Below are positions 1 through 11,061 of a stretch of DNA of 64,000 nucleotides, one piece after another. The translations under genes and the position numbers were made by a program. The notes beneath the pieces are model-generated. The model searched no databases and was not told where the DNA came from. It saw only the letters and a list, made by a program, of their open reading frames with translations. The stretch covers positions 130,696,001-130,760,000 of the forward strand of contig OZ360227.1 in the NCBI GenBank assembly GCA_977017645.1. Reading direction: 5' to 3'. The stretch's first letter is position 1. Each line of letters begins with the position of its first letter. The DNA comes from Torpedo marmorata (taxonomy: Eukaryota).

Positions 1-137
1 TTTGTTCGGGCGCCTGTCTACATTTTACTCCCACATTGGTGAAGGGCTCAAACCTGAAACGTTGGTTATGTATCTTTATATTTGCTATATAACGTACACA
101 ATTTGACCTGCTGAGTTTCTCCAGCATTGTGTTTTTA
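1..137 (+). mobile_element. Penelope-like element 3' end fragment with degenerate hammerhead-like motif
   Basis: Aligns by eye to 26893-27029, which follows a GIY-YIG ORF; TGGTGAAGGGCTCAAACCTGAAACG at about 37-61. Confidence 0.7.
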
Positions 138-2929
138 TTGTGAAAACACTTTATATCGTTTCAGTCAGATACGTAATATGCCCTTTTTATTAAAAATGTT
201 TATCACCGTTATTTTGTTAAGTCATTCCCTTGCAAGTTATATTGAAGACGTGGTGGTGTAGCTCTGATCTGCTGTTACTTCCCGGTGTGGGATTTCTGTT
301 ATGCATGTTCAGGGCGGCTCGGTGTTGGTACGGCTCAGCACCGGGGTCAGCCCTTTGCGCTGCAGTACAGCACGAGGGGCAGATCAGCATTTACAATGAG
401 CTTCTTGACACTTCCCCATCACAAAGAGCAAACCTTCCCACACCCTCCATCATCAGAAATGCCCCAGACACTACCACTCCCCAACTCACCCCTCATCCCT
501 CCAACAGAACCGAAAAGCCGTCACTAATCAGAATGACTCTTAAGAATATTTCTTAAAAGTTCAAAAACTTCCATTAATCTTTGCCTTCTTTTGTTGCTCT
601 TTTGTTTTATTGTTGCCAACTTAATGAAATTCTTGTCGTGGTTTCACAGCAAGAGTCAAGCTGACCAAATGTAACCAGCTGCGTTTCTTTATGAGGCTGG
701 TGATAAAGCGGCTAATCCTACCGCTGTCCCGGGAAGAGGGAACCAAAGGATAGCGCTAAATGAGATTTAAAATTGTAATGAAAAAAAATGCCAAATAGGT
801 GTCTTGAAATTCTGCTCAACACATGCATAAAACGATACTAATCAATTTGCAGGCAACGAGCAGTTAGTAAGATGTATTCACCATATGTCTTACTGGCTGA
901 CTAACCTCATTGCCGTTTAGCTCCGACTGCTATTCTCATCAATTTGTGAATGTACATTAAATTCAAATTAAATAACTAGCGTTGCGCCCGGTTAGTTAAC
1001 CTGTTAGTTCGATCGATTCAAATAAGAAAATGCTGGAAATAAATCAAGATGCAAAGTTAACATTTCGAAATAAATTGCTGCAAATGCAAACATTCGGGCA
1101 ATCCAACTGTATCGGAAATTCTGTAGCTGGCATTGTGGTTAAATAATCAAACGCTTTGGCAAACTCTGGTTGGGACCGCAGTTCCTTCATCATCATCGGC
1201 TAACGGTCGAGTTAGCAACTGCATTTTGAATGGCCCATTAAAGGTCTTCATTGTGCTTGCTAATTTAAGATAACTCTCTCCACTCTTCCTGAATAACAAT
1301 GTACATTTTCTAAAGTCCCTTTGAAGCAAATGGTGTGCTTTGAAGGAAAGGGGGAAGATAGTTGTTAACCTGTTTGGTTTGCGCAAAACCAAACACTGCG
1401 GAATTACCTGGAAGATTGGCAGTAAATTCCGCAAAATTCAATCGTAAGGTTGTTCATCGGTATTAATGTTAATAATTGATTTTGAAAGTGAAGTTAAACC
1501 AAATGGCATTTCCATTCACTTATGCCATCCTCCCATTATTGCAGGGATTAACATGAAACCAGGACAATAAAAGTGTCAAAGGGCGTTAATTTTAATTGGT
1601 CCACTGACAAAGTCCACATTACTAGATTTATGAAACAAGTTAATTATCCATAGAGGGGAAAATGAAGATGTCTCGTAAGTCAATTAAAAGACTGGACAAG
1701 GTCGGTCGTCGACTCTCTATGCCCTTAGAATATGCTTTAGTTGGCATTACCTTAATAAAAAGTTTGAACTTTGTTTTCAGCTTAAACGATAATTAAATGC
1801 AACCAATTCCCCGAAATCGCAAACCCAATGCGAGTACATTCCAATGTTAGACACTCGTGTCATGTACAAGTCCAGTTCAAAATCAATCTTAATGTATTTA
1901 TACAGTGGTGTATTTTGCTTAATCGGTGAAATCTGCCTTTGACTTTGGCATTCGTTAACAATATAGAGTTGCCGCTTTAAAGATGACAAGGATGGAAGTA
2001 CAATTCAACCAAATGTGCTTACAAACATTCTCGCCATGAAACTACTAACTAAACAACGCCGATGTACGATCATGGTTTTAGGGAAAGGGTTGTCTTTAAA
2101 CTTGAAACAAATCTGATATTACAAAAAGGTCATTAAAAGGGTTGGTAGGTATGCGGGGTTAGTGCGGGAAAAGTGGCCTTAACGAAGGAACGAATGGTCT
2201 ACTTCTAGATCAATTACTTATATCCTTAATAAAGATTTTTTAAATCTGATTCATTTGCAAATTACCAATCAATGAATTAATTCTGCTAGGAACTAATCAT
2301 TGTATTTATTCCCAGCATAAGTAACGGCTGTATCTTTACATTTATGACTCGTTCTCTAACATGTTTATAAAAAAATGATGGGTGTAAATTTAAACGAATT
2401 GGATTCTTACACATTTCATGAGATTTAATTCTGCTGACACTATTTTAGACTATTTTACACGCGTTAAATCCGGACAAATACTGCCCTGTCACCCATTTAC
2501 CCCTCTTTTTTGCAGTCTGATTAGGATTTGGAATGTAAAATATAAGGGTCTTCCGATTTTTTGGTAGGTGGCTATTGCACAAGGATGATTTTTTTAAATG
2601 ATTTTTGAAGGGTCGATGCCTCTGAATAGAACCATTCATTTAAATATGTTATCCAGTGCAAGTTGTACCGTTTTCTTATTCGGTACTGTTGCACAGAGGC
2701 TGATGTTGCTGCGGCTTTAGTTTAGCTCAGCAGAGTTTACTCGGGAGCTCGGAGTAACACGATAACCCCCTCTGACCCTGCACGGCGAAAATCAGCGCAT
2801 TCGGCACTTCTCACAGCTCTGCGGGACTTGTGGGTGACACAACTAGCAAAAATGACAAATAATTGAATCAGATCGACATGGGAAAGCTGAGAGACAGCTG
2901 TTCAAATGATCCTAACTGTCTAATTTATC

Positions 2930-4260
2930 ACTTCAGAATTTGTTGCACACAGAAAAAGACTGGTCGACGTTTCCCGCGGAAGCCCTTTATGGAGTCAGGA
3001 AAAATGTAGAAACCAGTGTCAAGATGACAAGGTGGGAGGGTTTGGGGCAGGGTCTCTGTGTGGGATTGGTAAACTCCGCAGTAGTTGACAAATGCATCAG
3101 GTGGAGGAAGATGAGTCATAATGGGTGGAGTAGGTGATGAGAAGTGAAGGTGAGAATGGGGGAACAAAGTAAGGCCAGGCTGAAGTGAGGGAGGAAGCAT
3201 AAGACATACACTTCATGTGGTAGCAGGCAAAGTACCTGGGGGCATGGAGAGGTGGGTGGGAAGGGTTGAGCAGACAAAGGAATCACAGGAGTGAGTGATT
3301 CCTGCAGAAGACTGAAAGGGATGGGGAGGGGTAGGTGTGTCTGGAGGTGGGGTGAAGTTGCAGCTGGAATAAATGAAGGATGAATGCAGAGGCTGGTGGG
3401 GTGGAAGGAACACCATCCCTCTTCTGTTTGGGGGTGGAGGGGAAGGGGAAGAGCAGAACTCTGATAGATGGAGGAAATGTGGGAGATGGCTCTATTGACC
3501 ACAGTAGACGAAAGTGATGTTGTTTGAAAAAGAAGGCCATTTCAGATGTTCTGGAATGGAAGGCCTCTTCTTGAGAGCAGAGGCAGCAAGGGCAGAGAGA
3601 CTGGGAGAAAGGGACCAAGTGGGAGGAGGTGTAGATGAGGCTACTGTGGGTGTCAGTGCATTTGTAATAAATGTCAATGTCTCCTGAGATGAAGACAGAA
3701 AGATCTAGAAAGGAGAGAGAAGTGTCCGAAATAGTCAGTGAATTTCAGAGCAGGGTAGTTTTTAGTAGCAGAGTTGATAAAATGGATGAGTTCTGCACAG
3801 GTGCAGGAAGCAGCCCCAATCCAGTCATCAATGTAATGGTCAAAGTGGGGGAGTGGTAAGTTCAAAGATTGTTCCACGTAGCCAATGAAAAGGTAGGCCT
3901 AGCTGGCCCTTCCCAGTGCCCATGGCTACACATTTGCTTTGAAGGAAATGGGAAGCATCGACAAAGAAGTTATTAAGAGTGAGAACAAGTTTTGCCAGGC
4001 AGATGAGGGTGTTGGTAGAGGGAAAATGGTCAGAACGTTGTTCCAGGAAGAAACAGACAGCTTTGAGATCTTCCTGATGGGAGATGAAGGTGCTAATTCT
4101 GCCGCGCCCGCAGGAAAAAAGGAATCTCAGGGTTGTATGTGATGTCATGTATGTACTCTGACAATAAATCTGAAATAAATAAATCTGAAATGTGTATAGG
4201 ACATCCATGGTGAAGGTGAGACAGCAGAGACTAGGGACCAGGTGCACTGCAGAAAGTATA
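2930..4260 (-). mobile_element. Degenerate Penelope-like retroelement (RT fragments and 3' UTR)
   Basis: Minus-strand fragments LVLTLNNF..FLQSKCVAMGT and YIDDWIGAASCT..FINSA..YPALKFT; pyrimidine-rich 3' region; GAAACGTCGAC remnant near 2965-2975; interrupted by a Rex tail at 4095-4190. Confidence 0.8.
4095..4190 (+). mobile_element. Short 3' tail fragment of a Rex1/Babar-like LINE
   Basis: Near-identical to the Rex tails at 18755-18835 and 62330-62408 (ATCTCAGGGTTGTATGTGATGTCATGTATGTACTCTGACAATAAATCTGAAA). Confidence 0.8.
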
Positions 4261-4339
4261 CTGACTGATTACAGCAAGGTCTGGCTTGGTAATTCGAGTG
4301 CCCAGAAACACAGAAGGCAGCAAACATAGCCAGGTAAAT

Positions 4340-4445
4340 TACAGGCTTCGACCTCCCATCCAACGAAAGCATCAATGTGAGACGCTGCCTCAAGAAGGCA
4401 GCCGACATCGTAAAAGGACCCCATCACCCTGGTCACAATCTCTTC
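4340..4445 (+). mobile_element. Rex1/Babar-like LINE 3' fragment, left part (continues at 12709)
   Basis: Encodes RCLKKAADIVKGPHHPGHNLF, the C-terminal motif seen in the other Rex copies. Confidence 0.7.
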
Positions 4446-5893
4446 TTGCGCATGTGGTTCCGTTATTTAAAAAGGGTTCAAGGAGGAAGCCTGGCAATTA
4501 TCGGCCTGTAAGTTTGACGTCTGTGGTAGGTAAATTAATGGAGAAAGTTCTCAGAGATAGGACTTATAAATATCTGGATAGGCAGGGTCTGATCGGGAAC
4601 TCTCAACACGGATTTGTGAGCGGAAGGTCCTGTTTGACCAATCTGATTGAATTTTTTGAAGAGGTGACTAGGACTGTGGATGAGGGTAGTGCAGTGGATG
4701 TTGTCTATATGGACTTCAGTAAGGCCTTTGATAAGGTTCCGCATGGAAGGTTAGTGAGGAAGGTGCAGTCTTTAGGTATAGATTCTGAGGTAGTCAAATG
4801 GATTGAACATTGGCTGGAGGGGATAGGCCAGAGAGTGGTAGTGGATAATTGTTTGTCAGGTTGGAAGCCCGTGACAAGCGGTGTGCCTCAGGGATCTGTA
4901 TTGGGCCCATTGTTGTTTGTTATATATATCAATGATCTAGATGATGGGGTGGTAAACTGGATTAGTAAATATGCAGATGATACCAAGATAGGTGGAATAG
5001 TGGATAATGAAGAAGGTTTTCAAGGATTGCAGAAGGATTTGGGCTGCTTAGAAAAGTGGGCTGAAAAATGGCAGATGGAGTTTAATGCTGATAAGTGTGA
5101 GGTGCTTCATTTTGGAAAGAAGAATCAGAACAGGACATATGTAGTAAATGGGAGAGCATTGATGAATACAGAAGAGCAGAAAGATTTAGGAATAACGGTG
5201 CATCATTCCCTGAAGGTGGAAACTCATGTGAATAGGGTGGTGAAGAAGGCTTTTAGTATGCTGGCCTTCATCAATCAATGCATAGAATATAGGAGTTGGG
5301 AAGTGATGTTGAGATTATATAAGGCTTTGGTGAGGCCTAATTTAGAGTTCTGTGTGCAGTTCTGGTCGCCAAATTATAGGAAGGATATCAACAAAGTGGA
5401 GAGAGTGCAGAGAAGGTTTACCAGAATGTTGCCTGGGTTTAAGAATCTAGAGTACAAGGAGAGATTGAGCAGATTAGGTCTTTATTCTTTGAAGCGTAGA
5501 AGGTTGAGAGGGGATTTGATAGAGGTATTTAAAATTATGAAGGGGATAGACAGAGTGGATGTGGATAGACTATTTCCATTAAGAACAGGAGAGATTGAAA
5601 CAAGAGGACATGAGCTAAGAATTAAGGGGCAGAGGTTTAGAGGTAACATGAGGGGGAACTTCTTTACTCAGAGAGTGGTAGCGGTGTGGAATGAGCTTCC
5701 GGGAGAAGTAGTGGCGGCAGAGTCAATTTTAGTATTTAAGAAAAAGTTGGACAAGTATATGGATGAGAGGGAAGTGGAGGGTTATGGGCAGGGTGCAGGT
5801 AGGTGGGACTAGATAGGAATGTTTGGTTCGGTGCGGACTGGAAGGGCCTAATGGCCTGTTTCCATGCTGTAATTGTTATATGGTTATATGGTT
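4446..5893 (+). mobile_element. 5'-truncated young CR1 LINE (open RT ORF to stop at 5812)
   Basis: [35 protein letters not shown]; TATGGTTA tandem tail; highly similar to 40530-41984. Confidence 0.95.
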
Positions 5894-6204
5894 ACCCAGG
5901 GGTGCAGTGTTGCCAGAGCTCACCGGAGCGCCGCTCCGGCACCTCTGCTTCCATGCTGCTCCGTTCCTTGTCCGGTTGTCCAGGGCTCTCTGCACCTCAT
6001 CCCGGCCTCGGCTCCCGCTCGGCGCCCCTCCCTCTCCCTCTGTCCTTCTCGCTCAAGTCCCGCTCAGGCACCTGACTGCAGCCGCATCTCAGCCCCGCCG
6101 GCAGCAGGCGAGCGGGTTCGCGGGCACCACGTAGCAGAGAGCGGCTTCCAGTCTGAAACTGGTCCGGGTGTTACCGCAGGATGTGACATCAATCTGGACG
6201 GAAT

Positions 6205-6347
6205 GAGGGAGAGAGGGGATGGAGGGTGGAGGGGGAGAGAGGGGAGGGAGGGTGGAGGGAGAGAGGGGAGGGAGGGTGGAGGGAGAGAAAGAGAGTGGGG
6301 AGGAGGGAGGGTGGAGAGAGGGGGGAGGGAAGGGAGAGAGAGAGGGG
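6205..6347 (+). repeat. Polypurine (G/A) tract, left part
   Basis: Almost pure G/A low-complexity sequence. Confidence 0.95.
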
Positions 6348-7029
6348 TGTAAGAGCCGTAGGCTCATTGACTTACCGTTGTTGCGGCGCTCCGATGTCTC
6401 GTCGGGCCTTGGAGCGCTCGCATAGTTATGTAGGCCGTCCTCGGAGCGCTCCTAGGCCACGTCGGGCCATTGAGCGCTCGCGTTGTTCACTGGGCCGTCC
6501 TCTGAGCGCTCCGAGGCCACGTCGGGCCTTGGAGCGCTTGCGTTGTTCTGTGGGCCGTCGTCGGCCCGTTCTTTGATATGCGCATGCGCGGGAGTGCCGA
6601 CGGGCGCATGCGCAGTATAGAGTGACGTCATAGTGCGCGTGGGAGGCTGGGAATTGTAGTATGCGCGTTGGAGCATGCGCAGAACCATTGGAGAGAGAGA
6701 ACAAAGAAAGGATAGAGATGTATGGGGGGTGAGTCTGGTCTCCACATCTTTATTGACCGTTTTATACCGTTTTATAACTTTTAACATCATCTACAGTATT
6801 TCATATCGTTTTGGAATTGTTTAAAGAATAATTTAAAGGAACTTATCATACATCGTTTACAAGAACTGTTTATATTAAAGTCATTGAAGATTACTGCAAG
6901 TCATGTGTGAAAATAAAGGTTTTTGAACATATTGGACTTTGTCAGTAAATTAAATAAAACGCGTCAAAAGCAAGGACCACACTTAGCCTCCAGGTGACTA
7001 TTGGTGGAGCGAAGTCACCGTTACTTATA
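6348..7029 (+). repeat. 5' LTR of the BEL element (TGTAAG...CTTATA)
   Basis: Direct repeat of 11062-11743 at offset 4714; internal 60-bp-period repeats; AATAAA near 6912 and 6953. Confidence 0.95.
6579..6660 (+). promoter_or_regulatory. LTR promoter motif cluster: two NRF1, one CRE, one ZNF143/SBS (second copy in the 3' LTR at +4714)
   Basis: TGCGCATGCGC 6579-6589, GCGCATGCGCA 6604-6614, TGACGTCA 6623-6630, TGGGAATTGTAGT 6648-6660 (reverse complement ACTACAATTCCCA). Confidence 0.65.
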
Positions 7030-7473
7030 GTCAATAAAGAGCTGGCTGTTTGGAACAGAAGTTTGAAGGAAAGAAGATAGAAAAAACTCTCTGTGCTTTG
7101 GACTGATATAAATTGATGGCCATTTAGGAGATGCCTCGAGTTGGGGGCAGTTTGTAATCTACATCCATCTGCCATGAGTAACAGCCAGAGAGGGATTTAA
7201 AGCTTCAAATCTTATAGAAAAGTGTCCTATAAATACGTTGGAGAAACTATTTTTTGGAAAATCAGTGATATTAGTGACGGATGTTGTGGTTGAAACTCGT
7301 TTAAGGATTGCAGCACATTACAGTCATTTGAAGTGGTAGGCATAAGTCTGTGGACTCCTGTGTATCTTTAGCAAGTAAGAACACAGATTGGAATTGCTGC
7401 CGCTGGTCCATTGGGGACTGTTGTTTGACTAGTGTTGTGTATGCTTGAAGGAAAGAGGAACAAGACGAGTAAA

Positions 7474-10400
7474 ATGGCCGCAGCAGCCACTGATACTGCA
7501 GCTACTGATTTATCAGCAGCTGACGCAGCAACCGCTGATGTTGCTGTTGAGGACCAACGTATTGAAGACATGAAGGTTTCGGATATTAAAGAAGAATTGA
7601 AGCGACTGAAAAAGGACATAAGTGGAAATAAAAGGGTTCTTATCGAAAGATTGAAGCTGGCAAAGGATGAAGAGGCAACTTCATTATTTGAACAAGAAGA
7701 TAACTTGGAAATGGCTGAAATTGTGTCACCAAATGAGGAAGAAATTGAATTGGTTGAAGATGCAAAGGATATACAATTCGAATTGGATAAAGAGGTAAGT
7801 ATGAAGACAACATATGAACTGCAGGACGAAATACAAGCAAGTGACAGTGTCTCAAATGCTGAAAGCAGGAGAAGCAAAAGAAGTTCTGGTTCAAGCTCCA
7901 GAGTTTCTCGTACTTCAAGTTCTGCATCGTCACGTACAAAGGTTGATGTTAAATTGGCCGCTCTTCTTGCACAACAAAAAACGCTTAAGGATAAATTTAT
8001 ATTAGAACAAGAGGAGGAGCAGCTAAGACAAAATGAGGAGCAGCTAAAGGAGCAGCTAAGACAAAAGGAGGAGCAGCTAAGACAAAATGAGGAGCAGCTA
8101 AAGGAGCAGCTAAGACAAAATGAGAAGCAGCTAAAGGAGCAGCTAAGACAAGAGAAGGAGCAGCTAAAGCAGAGAAAAGAACTGCAGGAGCTGGAAGCAA
8201 ACATTGCTATTGCCAAGGCAGAAAAGAAAGCAATAGAAGGTTCAATGGTATCTGGTGTTAGCAGTAAATCATCTAAATTATCTGATAATAAAAGGTCATA
8301 TTTAAAAAAAGAGTCACAGGAAAAGAAACCAACCAAAAGGATAGATATTTTAGAACCAAGGATACAAAACTTACATATACAAAGACAAACCTTTCAAGAG
8401 CATATTGGTATCGAGTCACATGTACCAATAATAACATCTGAAAGCAAAGCTGCGGATTGGGTACGGTCGAACGAAGCAGCTTCTTTGTTATATGAGCCAA
8501 GCATCAGAAATATGGAAGAAACTACACCAGTAAGGTTTCCAGATACATTGCATACAACACGAGACAGTGAACAGAGTAATGTATTGAAGTCCAAGGAAAG
8601 ACAAAATGAAATTGCTGCATCATTGTTTCAGTTACAGTCTCTCTCTTCTTTACCCAAGAAAGAGATACAAACTTTTGATGGTGATCCACTTCAATATCAA
8701 TCGTTTATGAGATCTTTCAAACGCAATATTGAAGATAAATGCCAAGATCGTGATGAATGTCTTTATTATTTGGAAATGTTTACAAAGGGACATCCAAAAG
8801 AACTGGTAAAAAGTTGTAACCAAATGTCTTCAGGAAGAGGATTAGACAAAGCTAAGGATTTATTGGAACAATATTTTGGCAACAAACATCGAATTGCTTT
8901 AGCTTATATGGATAAAGCTCTTAAATGGACATCAATAAAACAAAATGATGTAAAGGCTTTGCAAGAATATACTTTGTTTTTAAGAGGATGTTGTAATGCT
9001 ATGGAAGAAATCGATGGTATTCGTGAGCTTGATGTGCATAGTAATATGCGAATCATTTTAGAAAAATTACCTTACAAGGTATGGGATAGATGGAGAAATT
9101 TGGCTTGTGATTTACAAGTAAATTATGGTCGAAGAATTACTTTAAAGGATTTGGTAAATTTTCTTGAACGACAAGTGTATGTTGAAACAGATCCACTATA
9201 TGGAAATACCAGAGATAATTCAATGAGCAAAGATGTAAGAAAATCTAATACACAGTTTAGTCCGAAAGTGAAAAGGAGTACATTTGCTACTAATGTGCAA
9301 GTTATAAGTAAAGAAAATGACAAAATAAATAAGGAAAAGGAAAGTTTGCCTAATGAAAAGAGTTGTTTGTTCTGTAAAGGTGGACATGTTTTGGAAATGT
9401 GTTTACAATTGGAAAGGAAAGAACATAAAGAAAAGATCGCTTTCTTAAAGGAAAATGGAATATGTTTTAGCTGTCTGTGTAAAGGGCACATCAGTAAAAA
9501 CTGCGAGAAGCGAATTAATTGTAACATATGCAATTTAAAACATCCTAGAATTTTGCATATCCATAACAGGAACAAGGAATTGGAAAAGGAGCAAACAGAA
9601 ACAAAGGAAACAACAGAAAATAATGTTATAACCTCGGTTCAGACAAGTGGTCTTACTGGGGCCGGGGTGAATAACTGCAAACTTTCAATAGTACCTGTAC
9701 AAGTCAAGGCCAAGAAAGGGGATGCAATAGTAAAAACATATGCATTTCTAGACCCAGGTAGCACTGCATCTTTTTGCACGGAAGGACTAATGAATAAACT
9801 TAATATTCAAGGAAGAAAATCAAGAATTATGTTAAAAACCATGGGACAAGAAAAGGTTGTTGAAACTAACATTGTTTCAGGCTTAGAGGTTGCTGGATTG
9901 GATGACAAAAAATTTTGTGATCTTCCAAGTGTATATACTCAGAAGACTATGCCTGTGAACGAAGGAAATATTCCTCATCAAAGTGATATCCATCATTTAG
10001 CTTATCTATGGAAGGTTTATTTACCTGAAATTAATTCTGAGGTAGAAATGCTGATTGGTTCAGATGTGCCAAAGGTTTTGGTACCAAAAGAAGTAATAGA
10101 AAGTAAAAGGAATGGACCTTACGCTATTAGAACCATACTTGGTTGGGCAATCAATGGACCAATGGAAAGAAATAATGATATTGCTCAGGAACAGGTAGCG
10201 ATAAATGTTAATAAAATTTCAGTTGAGAAATTTGAAGAGTTAAGAGAAGAGCAAAAAACCGTGAATAAGAAAATCACTTATGAAGAAAAGAAAACAGATC
10301 AATGTGAAAATAAATCAGTGGTATTTAAAACAACATTAAAGAAATTAATTTCGTCAGAAATGGATGAAAGTGAAGTATTAGAAGATGTTGCAAATAATAC

Positions 10401-10638
10401 TGTTGATCATTCATGTGTAATTGAATCAAATACAGGAATAAAACAAGTGACTGAAAACAAATCTGAATGTAGATTTTATTCAAATTCTAATTCTAAGAGT
10501 TTAAATTCTTCACATGAGAAGTGGAATACTGAAGAAAGGAATAAAGTGAAACGACGTGCTGAAGAAGTGCCTTGTGTTAAATTCAAAAGGAAAACTGTAT
10601 CTATTTTGTCTGAAGAAGATTTGAGGTTTACTGATTGA
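7474..10638 (+). CDS. BEL polyprotein: SAP-like domain, coiled coil, Gag, three Zn knuckles, aspartic protease; no RT/RNase H/integrase
   Basis: Uninterrupted ORF (in-frame ATGs at 7441 and 7474, the latter in AAAATGG context); MKVSDIKEELKRLKKDISGNKRVLIERL; FDGDPLQYQSF; CLFC..H..C, CFSC..GH..C, CNIC..HPRILH; AFLDPGS. Confidence 0.9.
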   Translation: MAAAATDTAATDLSAADAATADVAVEDQRIEDMKVSDIKEELKRLKKDISGNKRVLIERLKLAKDEEATSLFEQEDNLEMAEIVSPNEEEIELVEDAKDIQFELDKEVSMKTTYELQDEIQASDSVSNAESRRSKRSSGSSSRVSRTSSSASSRTKVDVKLAALLAQQKTLKDKFILEQEEEQLRQNEEQLKEQLRQKEEQLRQNEEQLKEQLRQNEKQLKEQLRQEKEQLKQRKELQELEANIAIAKAEKKAIEGSMVSGVSSKSSKLSDNKRSYLKKESQEKKPTKRIDILEPRIQNLHIQRQTFQEHIGIESHVPIITSESKAADWVRSNEAASLLYEPSIRNMEETTPVRFPDTLHTTRDSEQSNVLKSKERQNEIAASLFQLQSLSSLPKKEIQTFDGDPLQYQSFMRSFKRNIEDKCQDRDECLYYLEMFTKGHPKELVKSCNQMSSGRGLDKAKDLLEQYFGNKHRIALAYMDKALKWTSIKQNDVKALQEYTLFLRGCCNAMEEIDGIRELDVHSNMRIILEKLPYKVWDRWRNLACDLQVNYGRRITLKDLVNFLERQVYVETDPLYGNTRDNSMSKDVRKSNTQFSPKVKRSTFATNVQVISKENDKINKEKESLPNEKSCLFCKGGHVLEMCLQLERKEHKEKIAFLKENGICFSCLCKGHISKNCEKRINCNICNLKHPRILHIHNRNKELEKEQTETKETTENNVITSVQTSGLTGAGVNNCKLSIVPVQVKAKKGDAIVKTYAFLDPGSTASFCTEGLMNKLNIQGRKSRIMLKTMGQEKVVETNIVSGLEVAGLDDKKFCDLPSVYTQKTMPVNEGNIPHQSDIHHLAYLWKVYLPEINSEVEMLIGSDVPKVLVPKEVIESKRNGPYAIRTILGWAINGPMERNNDIAQEQVAINVNKISVEKFEELREEQKTVNKKITYEEKKTDQCENKSVVFKTTLKKLISSEMDESEVLEDVANNTVDHSCVIESNTGIKQVTENKSECRFYSNSNSKSLNSSHEKWNTEERNKVKRRAEEVPCVKFKRKTVSILSEEDLRFTD

Positions 10639-10674
10639 CATTTTAACTCAGATTTGAAGATAAAAGAACTTTAA

Positions 10675-10857
10675 AGAGACATTGTGATTGTTATGGATGG
10701 TTCAACTTCAAGAAATTCCTGGTTACTTGGAAAAGATTATTGAGACTTTTCAAGACAAAGAGGACTTGTGCGTCAAGTGCGAATTAAAACTAAGACTGGT
10801 TTTCTAAACAGACCTATTAATAAGGTCTGCCTTTTGTTGGAGACAGAGGAACTTTGA
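10675..10857 (+). pseudogene. Remnant of the BEL integrase C-terminal domain
   Basis: Frameshifted IVIVMDGSTSRNSWLLGK..IETFQDKRGLVRQVRIKTKTGFLNRPINKVCLLLE, typical of the BEL Pol C-terminus. Confidence 0.8.
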
Positions 10858-11061
10858 TAAATGTAAACTGACTTTATTTGTTGTTGTACATTTCACAGGT
10901 TACAGACTTTTGTTGAATCAGAGTTATGGTAAACTCTAGATTTATGAAGAAGGAAGAAAGAAGATTTGTATTGTTTTGAATATTATGGTTATTGTTATTT
11001 ATAATTTATAGTGTAATTATTATTCAAGACATTACGTCTAATTATAATAATTAGGGGCCGG

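Noticed and set aside
1147-1434. 95-aa minus ORF and similar short ORFs at 15497-16775
   Set aside because: No recognisable domain, mostly non-ATG starts, and no convincing splice-site pairs.
4286-5812. 508-aa ORF as a novel RT protein with a unique N-terminus
   Set aside because: The first ~53 codons are flanking DNA read into a 5'-truncated CR1; the start codon is TTG.
6385-6570. CRISPR-like regularly spaced palindromic repeats
   Set aside because: The intervening segments repeat with a 60-bp period, the array lies inside a eukaryotic LTR, and there are no cas genes.
7368-8336. 322-aa antisense Cys/Ser-rich ORF
   Set aside because: Shadow of the GAGCAGCTA coiled-coil repeat (8011-8175) in the BEL Gag.
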